Assembly: GCA_000934665.2 (NCBI GenBank)
Contig: KZ539090.1
Span: 1 to 35,340 of the forward strand
Origin: Catajapyx aquilonaris
Taxonomy: Eukaryota
DNA: 35,340 nucleotides
Direction: 5' to 3'
A program made the translations under genes and the position numbers. Of the stretch, positions 23,786 through 34,877 are shown one piece after another. The notes under the pieces were generated by a model that saw only the letters and a program-made list of their open reading frames with translations, was not told the origin of the DNA and did not search any database. Each line of letters opens with the position of its first letter. Positions within the stretch are counted from its first letter, which is position 1.

Positions 23786-24096
23786 GCTTCTTATGGGGCC
23801 ATCTGCAAAGGCAAGTGTACCAAAACAAACCACGATCCATCGATGCCTTGAAAGAAAACATCATCCAAGAAATTCAGGCAGTGTCTCAGGACATGCTGGC
23901 AAGGACCTTCCAAAATATGGAGTGGTGTGTTCAGGCTTGCCTGGAAACATATGGTGACCATTTCGAGCACATGTTGTGATGCCATTTCCTTTCTCACATA
24001 ATAAGGTAAGGTCAGTTCAAATATTTGTGCAATATCTTCATTCGTGTTCAAGTTATTAAAGAAATGACGGGTAAAGTAGCGAGTTGGCCATCCTGT
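23786..24096 (+). pseudogene. C-terminal fragment of a Tc1/mariner-superfamily transposase plus degenerate right end
   Basis: FLWGHLQRQVYQNKPRSIDALKENIIQEIQAVSQDMLARTFQNM..CLETYGDHFEHML* (stop at 23979); GGCCATCCTG near 24095. Confidence 0.8.
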
Positions 24097-24174
24097 TGAT
24101 GCTGGAAAGAAATCATCCTATTGTTGTTTGGCAAATTGCTGAAATACTTAACATTTGATGATCCTGTTTATTAA

Positions 24175-24334
24175 GGTCCGGTTCACACGTGGCCACTTTT
24201 CGTGGCAGCAACTGGTCACTTTTGGAAATACACAGGATTGAATGAGAGCATTCATACCATCATACGTGGCCACTAGCTACCCTCTCATTCAATCCTGTGT
24301 ATTTCCTAAAGTGGCCAGTTGCTGCCACTAAAAG
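24175..24334. mobile_element. Palindromic PIF/Harbinger-like MITE, right end truncated
   Basis: TAA|GGTCCGGTTCACACG; about 24196-24248 is inverted at 24282-24334; the outermost part of the right TIR is absent. Confidence 0.7.
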
Positions 24335-24861
24335 GCATCTGGCAACCTAACCTCCAGGGAGACACTGAAGCAGGTTGGTGTGGTGGTTAAGGAGTCCGAC
24401 TGCTAATCGGGAGGTCCTGGGTTCGAATCCCGGGGACGGCGATCCTGACCGTGGTTTTCTGTGGTTTCCCACGGTCCCCCAGGATTATTCCGGGGTCGAT
24501 TCCGTATAATAGGCCACAATTGCTTCCTTCCTTCCATATCCTTGGCTCCATCCATGTGTGAAAGTTTCAGAAAGAATTTGAGTGGTAAAATGGTGGTATT
24601 CCACCCGCCCTAATGGAGCGCTGATTCTCCCAATTGGGTCAAATAATTATTTTTAAAAATATATAACCTCCAGGGAGACTGCACATGACCCTTTTTCAGA
24701 CATAGCACTTGCACCTGTGTCTCCTCCCCAGAAATCCCCTTCCTTACCTCATGTTCTTTAATCCTCGCACAGTGATCGAAGAGAATATAGAAAATTGATG
24801 GAAAAATGGTGGTATTCTACCCGCCTAAGAGGGCCTCTGCCAAACAACATGAGGGTGATTT
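24335..24861 (+). mobile_element. Headless SINE (type C body) interrupted by a type A SINE
   Basis: TCTGGCAACCTAACCTCC..GCACATGACCC..TGCACC matches about 32957-33100. Confidence 0.7.
24364..24663 (+). mobile_element. tRNA-derived SINE, head type A with a different tail
   Basis: A-box TGGTGTGGTGG, B-box GGTTCGAATCC; exact 16-bp TSD TAACCTCCAGGGAGAC (24348-24363, 24664-24679). Confidence 0.9.
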
Positions 24862-25206
24862 ACAGAGGCGCACTACAGAACGGACGTAATTTTTCTCGCT
24901 CCTGACTTCCCAGCCCTCCTACGTTCGGGCAGGCAGGGGTTACAACAGGTGCAACTTGGAACACGGAAATAAAATCACTTTTGTCTGGAATACTTCCGAG
25001 TCGAAGTGCATAAAGCAGGTGAAGTACTTTGAATAAGCCGCCGAACTGTATCCACGTGGAGCGCCACTAGGGGCAGGATGATGAAATGCATCGCCAAATC
25101 GCCAAGCACGTGATGCCAAGTGGGGACTGGGGAGGGGAGGGACGAGCAAGTCAGCAGTCAGCACCTCGTCAGCACGAGGGTGACACGAGTAGATGGCAAC
25201 GCTGCT

Positions 25207-25532
25207 ATATACATACATCATTATCAAAATACAATGGTTGTATGAGGCCCGTCTGGTTCGCCAGCGACGGTACTCTCTTCCTCGAGCGGTCCTCGGACCT
25301 GACTCGCATTTCTTGGTTGGACGGGGTGCTTGGGAGAATATCCCACCCCCGTCCCTGGGTTGGACCCGGCATTGCAGTACAGCCGGGGCCAGCCCTCCTC
25401 TCCCCCACCCTTCTCACCCACCCCTACCTTGCAATCCCACACCTTCCTCTCCTACCCCCGGCTGCCAAGGCTCGACTCAGACAGAGCCATACAAGCTGGG
25501 TAACCCTTCCTACCAACCAACCAACCAACAAA
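25207..25532 (+). mobile_element. 5'-truncated LINE 3' end with (CCAA)n tail
   Basis: Exact 16-bp TSD AGATGGCAACGCTGCT (25191-25206, 25533-25548); C-rich 3' region and microsatellite tail. Confidence 0.75.
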
Positions 25533-26082
25533 AGATGGCAACGCTGCTCACAGGTCGGGAGAGGACCAGGGAGAGGACCTCCGATCGGCGCGGCGTCGAC
25601 AGGACGGAGACTAGGACCCCTGAGTTGCCTGAGTCCCCTGTCGCGTGTCGCCTCTCCACTCCGGATGCCTCTGTCAGTCTCTATCAGCTGTGGGGGGTGC
25701 AACTCAGATAGGGGCATGGATAGGGGGAATTATTCCGCGTTTATGGTTGGTTTCACCAAAACTAGAGGCGCTGCGAGTACGATACCAGATGAAGCGGATG
25801 TAATAAATGAACATATAATTAAGATTTAATACAATGCATTACGTAGTAAAGTTATGCTAAAACCTAATAAAATATGTAAATTTGTAAACTGTTAGCATAG
25901 TTCATAAGATACCCATGACGTCACAAGACACCTGTCACATCTGCCTGCCACTTTCAAATTGTTGTCAAATTTCTATTGGAAATATGCCAGAAACCAGTAG
26001 GATCAGTTGGATCCAAAGGGTTTCAACGGATCTTTGAATAAAGGAACCTGCACAGCAGTCTCTTTCTTCAACAGAAGAAGTC

Positions 26083-26314
26083 ATGCCCAAAAAGATCCCA
26101 TCTAGGCACGTGTGCTATCTGAAACAGGGATGGAAAAAGTACCGCTTCCTTCCAAGAAGCGCTTCTTTTTTCCATGTGCAGGGATAGAAAAAGAACCGCT
26201 TACCGCCCAAAGAAGCGGTTCTTTTTCCATCCCTGATCTGAAAGGATGCAAAAACAACGACGCTACGGAGTGCACTTCAGCCAGGCTGTTCTACTTCCCA
26301 AGAAGTCAAGAAGT
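26083..26314 (+). pseudogene. THAP-domain exon 1 of the P-type transposase, disrupted by a MITE
   Basis: Removing 26125-26243 gives MPKKIPSRHVCYLKGCKNNDATECTSARLFYFPRSQE (C-x4-C..F.FP). The GT|GTAAGT donor is phase 2 and joins 27743 in frame (..QEVFSQW..). Confidence 0.9.
26125..26235. mobile_element. 111-bp hAT-like MITE
   Basis: Perfect 15-bp TIR CAGGGATGGAAAAAG; exact 8-bp TSD ATCTGAAA (26117-26124, 26236-26243). Confidence 0.92.
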
Positions 26315-26515
26315 GTAAGTAATTTTTGAAACTCATAGAAGTCGTTGCTGGTCCTTGAGTTATTGCAATTTTATCCGGGTCGGCCCGGTTTAAAAATAAA
26401 CATTGTTGTATCGACCCACAGCCGTCTGTGGGCCAAGTTTCAGCTCTCTGTAGGTGACCTGGAAGTTCGGTACATAGCCCGGACATAATGGAGAAAAAAA
26501 AATCCTTTATACTTG

Positions 26516-27216
26516 CCCAGTATAGTTCGCCCTCCCCAAAAAAGTGAAGTGGTGGCGGGGGTAATAAACAAAATGTGACCACAATTCTCCATTATGATTA
26601 TCTGGACTTTAGAAGGGATAATTATTGAATAGTAACATGGGAGTTAGGGGGTTACAAAAGTTGAAGTTGATTTGACAGTTAACAACTGAAATAAATATGA
26701 TTACACATTGGACAGTGAATTTCCGTAGGTTCCGGTAAAAATTGCTTCCATTACGTTTATGATACTTAGCAGGATATCAATTTTATAAGGAACCCCAGGG
26801 GCCACACAAATCTGAAGGCAGCATTAAAATTAATTACAAAAAATCAACCACAGAAAAAGTCCGAGAGACATCCCTTTTTTAAATTCCGTAGTATATTTTT
26901 GTAATTAATTTTAATGCTGCCTTCTGATTTGTGTGGCCCCTGGAGTCCATTCTTAAAATTGATATGCTGCTAAGTAACATATAAATGTAGTGGAAGCAAT
27001 TTTTACCGGACCCTACGGAAATTCACTTCCCAAGGTGTAATCATATTTATTTCAGTTCTTAACTGTCAAATCAACTTCAACTCTTGTGTCCACCTAACTC
27101 CCATGTTACGATTCATAATATTCTAAAGTCCAGATAATCATAATGAAGATTTTTTATCACATTTTGTTTATTACCACACCACACCATTTTTTGGGGGATG
27201 GGCGAACAACACTGGG
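26516..27216. mobile_element. Foldback MITE with about 330-bp arms in transposase intron 1
   Basis: About 26516-26845 is inverted at about 26895-27216; CCCAGT/ACTGGG termini; TSD unclear. Confidence 0.8.
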
Positions 27217-27742
27217 GGTGGTGCAACCATTGCATATGCTATGTAGGTGCAACCCAGGGGTAGTGTTTCTTTAATGTGAATAATGTTCTTAATTGCTATT
27301 TCCAAGTAAATTTTCAGTGACAGCATCAGTCAAATGCGAAGTCATTCTTAATGATTCACTTTTAATGACAATCAGGAATCACTTAACTTTGGTTAGACAT
27401 GTACATTCCAGTTGAGCTGTACAACTTATCAGCACCTTTTTGTAATATATGACTAATGACTTTATAAAATAATTTTAATACTGATGTAATTCTGAATAAT
27501 GAACAGATAATAATGTCATGCTTAATTGCAATGAGTTTTTAATTACTTCTTTACCATTAACTACTGATAACGTAACCATTAGTAACCAGAAATATACACC
27601 CAGTGTTTTTATTATTCAAAGTGATTATTTCAGTGTATAGTGTACCTACTGAGCTTAAATTGTCTGAGGTAAACAACTTCGCTACTAACAACTAAGTGAT
27701 ACTTATTGTCAGCTACTTCATCATTGCGCATTTTTATTGCAG

Positions 27743-29334
27743 ATTCTCACAGTGGCTGGCCTTTTGTGGCAACCCCACTCTCCATATTTCCCCTGAATCA
27801 TTCAGGACTACACGCTTGATCTGCGGAGAGCATTTTGAAAAAAAATGCTTCACCAACAGCAAGGAGGACCAGCTGGTCCGAGGATCTATTCCTACTCTCC
27901 TGCCACAACCATGTCTGCAGGTGGATCCTCATCAGCTGGAGGCATATCAGGACCAAGGTCCATGCAGCAGCCGCGGCACAACCCATCACAGTCCATCCAG
28001 CAGCACCGGCATGGAAGTCCTCCATGCCCAAGGTCCACCCAGCAGCAGCACAAGCCCAGCAATGGCTGATGATCCCATCAACCCCCGGGCCTCTCCTAGT
28101 AGCTACGAGTCCATCTGCTCTCCTCCGCATTCAGAGTCTGCATCAGCCCATCCAGAAACGCCTAAATCCAAATCACGCAGTAATGTTGTGAGTTTGTCCC
28201 ACCTGAAGATGACTCGCCTGTCCCAGTTCCGCAGCCCAACCACCAGGAGACTCTATCAAGAGGTCAAGAAGAAGGAGAAGGTACTGCGGCAGGTGAAGAA
28301 GACATGTTTGGTGAGGAAGAACAGACTGAAGAGACTATGTGCCCCAAGTAATTTGGAAAGGACAGTGGGGAATTTTTTTGGGAGATATGAAAATGATGCA
28401 GTGGCATCTTTCTTGGCTTCTCAGGTGCGCTGTGCAGGAAAAAAGCCTCAGGGGCGAAGGTGGACCTTAGAAGACAAAGTCCTGGCATTGTCAATGATGA
28501 AGCGGTCACCAAGGGGCTATGCTCTTTTTTCCCGTTACTTCCCATTCCCAACCAAGAGAACCCTAACCTCCCTGCTCAATTCTGTGCCTTTTTCTGCAGG
28601 GATTTGTGAGCGGATCATGTCCACTTTATCCAGCTCTCTCTCCAAACTTGGTAAATTTGACCGCACGTGTAGCCTCCTGTTTGATGAGATGTCCATCAGG
28701 GAGCATGTGCGGTTTGATCCCAAGTCTGACAGAATTGAAGGATATGAGGATATTCCACACTTGGGCAGGACTGGCAAGATTGCCAATCATGCCCTTGTGT
28801 TCATGCTCCGTGGCCTTATGCGGAAGTGGAAGCAACCAGTTGCTTTCTACTTCAGCCGAGGTGGAGTGAGTTCCAAAACCATTGCAGAACTCCTGTCCCA
28901 AGTGCTTCAGGCCTGTGACAAGGCTGGATTTAATGTTGTAGCCACAATATGCGACATGGGACCCACCAATGTCACAGCTCTGAAGTACTTGGGTTCCTCC
29001 TACCTGCACCCTTCCTTCTCCCTCAATGGCCGAGACATCATCACCCTATTTGATCCTCCCCATCTGCTGAAATGCACCAGAAATTTGTTTCTCAAGTATG
29101 ACGTGAAGGGGGTGCAGGTGAAGACAGGCAGCATAGAATTTGAGGGGGTGGCAAAACTGGAGCATGTCCTGGAGGTACGCCAACAGGACATGCAACAAGT
29201 TGGTTTCAGCTGCCTCTACAAGCTCTCCGATGACCACCTTAATCCCAACAGCCCTTTTAAGATGAAGGTGAAGCCGGCAGCACAGCTACTGAGTCACAGT
29301 GTTGCCTCCACATTGATGACATACGTTGCACACA
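27743..29334 (+). CDS. THAP/P-element-type transposase exon 2
   Basis: THAP C-terminal half (W..ICGEHF..L..GSIPTL), coiled/basic region, then LLFDEMSI, WKQPVAFYF, ICDMG, FDPPHLLKCTRN and KMKVKPAAQLLSHSVA motifs; A|GTAAGT donor. Confidence 0.9.
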
Positions 29335-29427
29335 GTAAGTTAGGAATGCAAGGCATGATATGTAATACGAATAAGTGCATCATATCGGTTATCATGGTGT
29401 TGATTTTACACATATGTTTCATTGCAG

Positions 29428-30533
29428 GCAAGATTGGAGCTGAAGCCATGGCTACTGCTCAATTCGCGAAATTTGTGGACAATCTATTTGACTCTCTCAA
29501 TTGCTACACAGAAGACCCAGACAGAGGCAAGGAGCTACGCTGCTGCATCACAAGTGACAGCCCTCACCTGGGCTTCTGGAGGGAAGCCATTCAGCAAATA
29601 GACAGATGGAAATATGTGTCCAGAGATGCAGCTGAAAAGGTTACCAGACCACCCTCGCAGGACGGCTGGCTGGCTACCCTCCGAGGCATGCTGCTGCTTT
29701 GGGACGTGTTGCACAATGGCGAATTGAAGCTGAGGTATGTCGCACCCCGCTCCCTGAATCAAGACCCACTTGTGAATATGTTTGGATCCATTCGTTCACA
29801 CTGTGGATGCAATTATAATCCCACAGTGGGTCAATTCGGAGATGCACTTAAGACGTGCATTGTCAATGGCTTGGTTAGCTATGACTTGCGTGCTACCAAC
29901 TGCCTTGATGACGGTGACACTCTTCTGAGTAATCTCCGAAGCCTTGTCTCAGGTGGTGGTGGGGAAAAGAAGGGGGATGAACCTGCTGCCATGCCAGATG
30001 CCTGTGATGATGTCTTTGTCAATGATGCTACCCATGCTCAAATTATTGGGAAGCTGAGTCAAGACGCATCCAAGCTGTCCACTGGCTATGTCAGTGGATT
30101 CATTGCCCGGCGAATCCTACAACAGAGTAGTTGTGAAGACTGCCGAACTGCACTGACCAGTGCCACCAAAGATGACCTTTCCCATATAGAAATTGAATGC
30201 AGAGAGTACAGAAACGACAGGGACAGTCTTACTTATCCCAGTGTGGGGATGGTTAGTGCTGTCTCCGATGGTGTAGGTCTTGTGCATGAATTTCTAGATG
30301 AAAAAGGTCATTTGGATGGTGTGAAGGCAGCCATTATTCCTACGCTGTTGGAGGACCTCAACCTGGATTGGTTGGAGGAGGGGTGTGTCACACATGGGCA
30401 GAAATTGAAGAGGAGTGTGGTGGAAAGCCTCTTTGCAATAAGTACTGGGTGGTGGCTCAAAAAGAGGAACAGACTGCTAGTGTCAAATAAGCGAAAGCAA
30501 ATGAGAAGAAAAGCCAAGATACTTGCCCATTAG
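29428..30533 (+). CDS. THAP/P-element-type transposase exon 3 (probably catalytically inactive)
   Basis: TTGCAG acceptor; DNLFDSLN, SLNQDPL(V)NMFGSIR..NPT..QF, YVSGFIAR..CEDC and LTYPS motifs; TAG at 30531-30533. Confidence 0.88.
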
Positions 30534-32830
30534 AGAGGAGGTCATAAACCAATTTTCAGGAAAGAATGTTGTATAGATTAACAGGTGCTGATTAGATACA
30601 GGTATACATCGGTTTGCAACAGGGTTAGGTTACAGCAAGACAGGGTCGTAAACTGAAAAGTAGCAAAAATTACTATTACTTGGGGCATCAGTTGCAAAAT
30701 AGCTTTCTTAGAATTGAATCAGGGAGATTTAATTTAAGTTATAGACTAAGAAAAGCAGTAATAACTTGACTGTTTGATAAGAAATACATGATATGGAGGA
30801 GAGCAGACTACTAGAAAACTATTTAAAGAGCTGGCAAGATAATCAACTTAGAACCAAATTACAAACAGAAACTGTCACAACCAAATGAACATGTTAATGA
30901 GAACATTGGGCAATGCTCTAATACACAGAATAGAATAATTCATAACAACTGACCGCAGAGTAACTCATAAATGCATGAACAATTTAAGGAGATACATCAT
31001 GCACCTAACTCAGCCCCTCACTTGTTATCAGAGATGCCCCTCATGTGCAAAAGGTTCAAATGTGGTTATTAGAAATAATATAATGATTGTATTACCATAC
31101 TCAACACATAACCATGTAATTAAACTGTAATTTTTTGTCAGGTATACGATTCTTTATAGAATTAACCTCCTATTATTATGATGTTTGACTGTTACATTTC
31201 AAAAGAAAAAAGAGAGCAAATATTGTATCAGTGATTGCAAAAAAAAAATCATGTCAGTGGTACATTTGTACGATTTGTATGCCAAATCAGAAAATGTGTA
31301 ACACTCCTTGCTTACTTCCAAAATATTCGGCCCTGTTGTAATATAATCTGCACTGCATGTAATAAGGCAGTGTAAATATTATGTTCTGGCATGTAAACAT
31401 GACTATTTATTAAAAAGCTGGATAGTACACTGAAATTTTCTTTCATCTACACCCATCTCACTTTCCATAACTTTTGGTACATTCTGCGAATCATTCTTAT
31501 TCCAGGATTTTGAATAGGTTCGAGTTACTTATATTGTCTAGGCATCAACATTTGAAGCACCTCTCTTGGATCGTGTAACGCTGCATCCCATGGTTGCATG
31601 GGACAACACACCAGGAAGAGACACAGGTAATAGTTTAGATTTAAACTGGCCGCCGCAATGACCCCTCCACCCAAGAACCCGCATCCCCACCTGCCCCTCA
31701 CCCCCGCTCCTTCGGACTAGTTGGTTTCACCATTGACAGAGGGCTCCAAACGCAGGACCAAATTTTTAACACTGAGTTTCGCCTCTAGAGGATGTTATAT
31801 ACCCCTACCTCGCTACCTCCCTCCCTCTCCCTCCCAACCCAACCCACCACCACCACCCCCTGACTGGTCCCCTCCCTGGTCCCCTCACCGGTTCCCCTTC
31901 ATGGTCCCTGCCCCTGCACTTTTATTGATCATTGTTGCCGCACAACCCAATCATCGAGGGCGGCCCATCGCCAAGACCCCCTCAGTGGCTCAGTGGTCGT
32001 CCAGTCCAGTCCAGGCCAAGTGGTGTAGTATGCAAAGATTGCAAACGGTAAGTGTCCAGTATGCTGTCCGAGGTTCAGTGCCTGTGTTCACCTCTGCCCC
32101 CACCCAGACCCATGGCCCCTAGCTGACCAGTTCCAGGTGGGCGGTCAGAGCAGGTAGGCGTGGTCAGTTGTGCGGCATGGTCACTTGCAAGGCAGATAAA
32201 GTGAGCGTGTGGCCAATGCGGGCAGACCAGGTTTTTTTGACATTTTGTATCTGAGATGAAACCAAGTTACTTCTCAAGTTTTTTGGTGTGCTCAATACAC
32301 AAATGGCCATTAAATCATAAGATTAACTCCAGTTTTTGACATAATTATAGAACCAGTGATATGAGGGGAAGTCAAAAAGTTATCCACCAAGGTGTGAAGG
32401 ATACTTAACATGTTATAGCTGGAGTCCGGATATTTAGGCACGAAAAAACCCTGAAATAGGCGCATCTCATAGGCATGGAAAAACCTCAAATAGGCACAAA
32501 AGTTTTACTTTTGCAGGTGTATGGAGGATAATGGTACAGAAAATAAAAAAAGCTAGACAAACTTGTAGGACTAAAGTATAAATGAGGTCACAAACCAGAG
32601 CAAAAACTGAATAATAAAGATAAACCGACAGAAAATCACAAAATGGGCAAAAGACAAAGTGCAAGCAAGTGTAGTCGTAACTATTTTGAGAACGTGACAG
32701 CATCATCGACTTAGACACGCCTCCTGACCCTCCCTACGAAAGTCTTATTCATGCAGGAACACGTAATGCCACTTTCATTCACATTCCTCCCTCGATAATA
32801 TTGCCATAGTCTCATACAGGAATGATATTG

Positions 32831-33157
32831 GGGAGGTGTGGTGGCCGAGATGGTAACGTCTCGGCTTGCTGAGTGAAAGGCCCCAGGTTCGATCCCCACC
32901 TGGGGAACTTCCATTCACCTGCGTCAGGAGGGTCTCTGACCTGCACCAAGGAGGTGTCTGGCAACCTAACCTCCTGGGGAACAGCACATGACCCATTTAA
33001 CGACATTGCACCTGCACCCGTGTCCCCTCCCCGAAAAATTCCTATCCTGACCCAAATTCCCTGATTCCTTGCACCGGAGTGGAAGTTAAAAGAAAAATTG
33101 GAAAATAAATAAAGGTTCATGCGATATACCCCATAAGGGGTGAAAGCATTACCCACA

Positions 33158-33210
<53 letters not shown>
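32831..33210 (+). mobile_element. tRNA-derived SINE, head type C, long (ATT)n tail
   Basis: A-box TGGCCGAGATGG, B-box GGTTCGATCCC; exact 16-bp TSD TACAGGAATGATATTG (32815-32830, 33211-33226). Confidence 0.92.
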
Positions 33211-33213
<3 letters not shown>

Positions 33214-33501
33214 AGGAATGATATTGTGAGCTCACATACTTTTGAGAAGTATATAATATTAGACAAATCACAAAGTAGCACTCCTAATGTCACGGAAACA
33301 AGGTAGATGTGTATGATGGGAGAGTTGTTGGTTTGGGGTGTCGGAATAATGTTTGGAAGATCATGGCATGGGCGGCCCTCTTACAAACATGTATGTCATG
33401 TGTGTCCTCTGACACTTTGAAAATAAAAACCTATCAATTCCCCACTTTATATCGTATTTTCCTGTGTACCGGAGAAAATATCATTCCTTATTTACTGCAA
33501 C

Positions 33502-33905
33502 CACGGGCGTAGGTAAGGGGGGGTTTTGGGGGTTCAAACCCCCCCCCATTCCAAAACTAAAGAGGGGGGGAAAAAAACTGAAAAAGAAAAAAAAACTGAG
33601 AAAAACTCGCAAAAATCCTCTAGAACAGTGCAAAATTGCACTGTTCTATGGGTTATTTTCCGTTTTGCGGTTGCGACCCCAAAATCGGGGTCGCGAGGAA
33701 GAGTTGTGACCTTGAACCGGAAAAATTTTCGCCTGCGGCGGGCCCTGCGCCTCCGCCCCCGCCACCCCGAGAAGTTCCCTTGGGCCCCTCCCAGAAAAAA
33801 ATCCTGGATCCGCCCCTGGGCCCCGGCAATGTCCGATGTACCGGCCGTGTTATTGTACTCCTGTTTTTAACCCCCCCCCATTGAAAATCTATACCTACGC
33901 CCGTG
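33502..33905. mobile_element. hAT-like MITE
   Basis: Perfect 14-bp TIR CACGGGCGTAGGTA; exact 8-bp TSD ACTGCAAC (33494-33501, 33906-33913). Confidence 0.92.
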
Positions 33906-34028
33906 ACTGCAACTGCACAAAAAGTCTTGAGATCTATCCAAAAACGGACTCGTAAAAAAACCGCCAAGTCCTTAGCCACTCCGCCTAAAAAAGTTGTGAG
34001 ATCATGGGTGGACACCAAGCCTCTTTGT

Positions 34029-34146
34029 GAGACTATAGATTAAGTCAAGTTACTTGGCTCACGATTGGAGACTATAGCCTTACAACTCGTAGACTTGGCG
34101 CATGGTTCGAGACTATATAGCCTAAGGTGAGCGACTTGGTTCACCG
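34029..34146. repeat. Degenerate array of about 40-bp units (GAGACTATA..ACTTGG)
   Basis: GAGACTA at 34029, 34068 and 34109; ACTTGG at 34052, 34093 and 34134. Confidence 0.7.
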
Positions 34147-34877
34147 GGCATGAAGAGCAATAGGCGGCTTAATGATAAAATTTCGTAGTTTCTGATCAAC
34201 CAATGACTGTTACACACCTTCCATTTACTGCTGTAATATCCAGACTGCAATTCCTTAATTACCATATACTCATGTAGTCTTAACAAATTCCCTCTTCAAA
34301 CCATACAGGGTGTTTCTCAACTCGCGTCCAAAACTTCTAGGGTGAACTCCTGAGCACCAGTGAATCGCTTATATATATAATAATAATAATATATAATATT
34401 ATTAATGTGAGACAGTTTACCCTAGTAGCTAGTATTGTATTTAGACTAACAATATTTTAAAACGTACATTCTTTTCAGGTCCAAAAATGGCTACTACTAC
34501 TACTGATTTACTGGAGTAGGAAGCATCTCATTGTGCTGTGTCAGTCAGCATATGGGCTGCTCTAGTTTGCTGGGAATGGAAATGTTTAGAAAGCAACATC
34601 GGGTGCATCAGTAGGTCTGCACTCTCCTCCTGATGTTTTGGAGCAACTGATCTGCCAACTGTGAAAAAAGGTGTATATTTATTTAGATTTAGATTTTCAT
34701 TTATTTTCAATTAGAATTGACATACAATTTATAGCTGTCTAGAATTGCATTTTAGATCATTTCTTAACAAATGATTATGCAACATGCCTTGAACCCTTTG
34801 TCCCGCTATCCCAAAAATCGCAATAACGAAATAATCACTATCTCGAGTGTCAAGGTCACGATATTAATGCATGAGAT

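Noticed and set aside
24370..24440. tRNA-like sequences here and at about 6500, 7220, 17800, 18140, 32835 and 35150
   Set aside because: They are SINE heads with shared bodies, tails and TSDs, and lack a proper acceptor stem.
25086..25829. 247-aa and 172-aa ORFs
   Set aside because: They run across a TSD-bounded LINE fragment and GC-rich flanks. At most a short part may be a LINE ORF2 tail.
26139..26181. Cryptic GT-AG intron removing the MITE frameshift
   Set aside because: Only 43 nt with a weak donor, and removal would not restore the frame (76 nt remain).
27696..27742. N-terminus of the 945-aa ORF (MILIVSYFIIAHFYC)
   Set aside because: GTG start in intron sequence upstream of the TTGCAG acceptor; the real N-terminus is exon 1 at 26083.
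31721..32122. Proline-rich 133-aa ORF
   Set aside because: Translation of a C-rich low-complexity tract with a non-ATG start.
34029..34146. CRISPR-like repeat-spacer array
   Set aside because: Conserved parts are only 6-9 bp, there are three units, the context is eukaryotic and no cas genes are present.
22824..34480. Isolated transposon-like left ends at about 22825, 32360 and 34305
   Set aside because: No partner TIR or TSD found, so boundaries cannot be supported.
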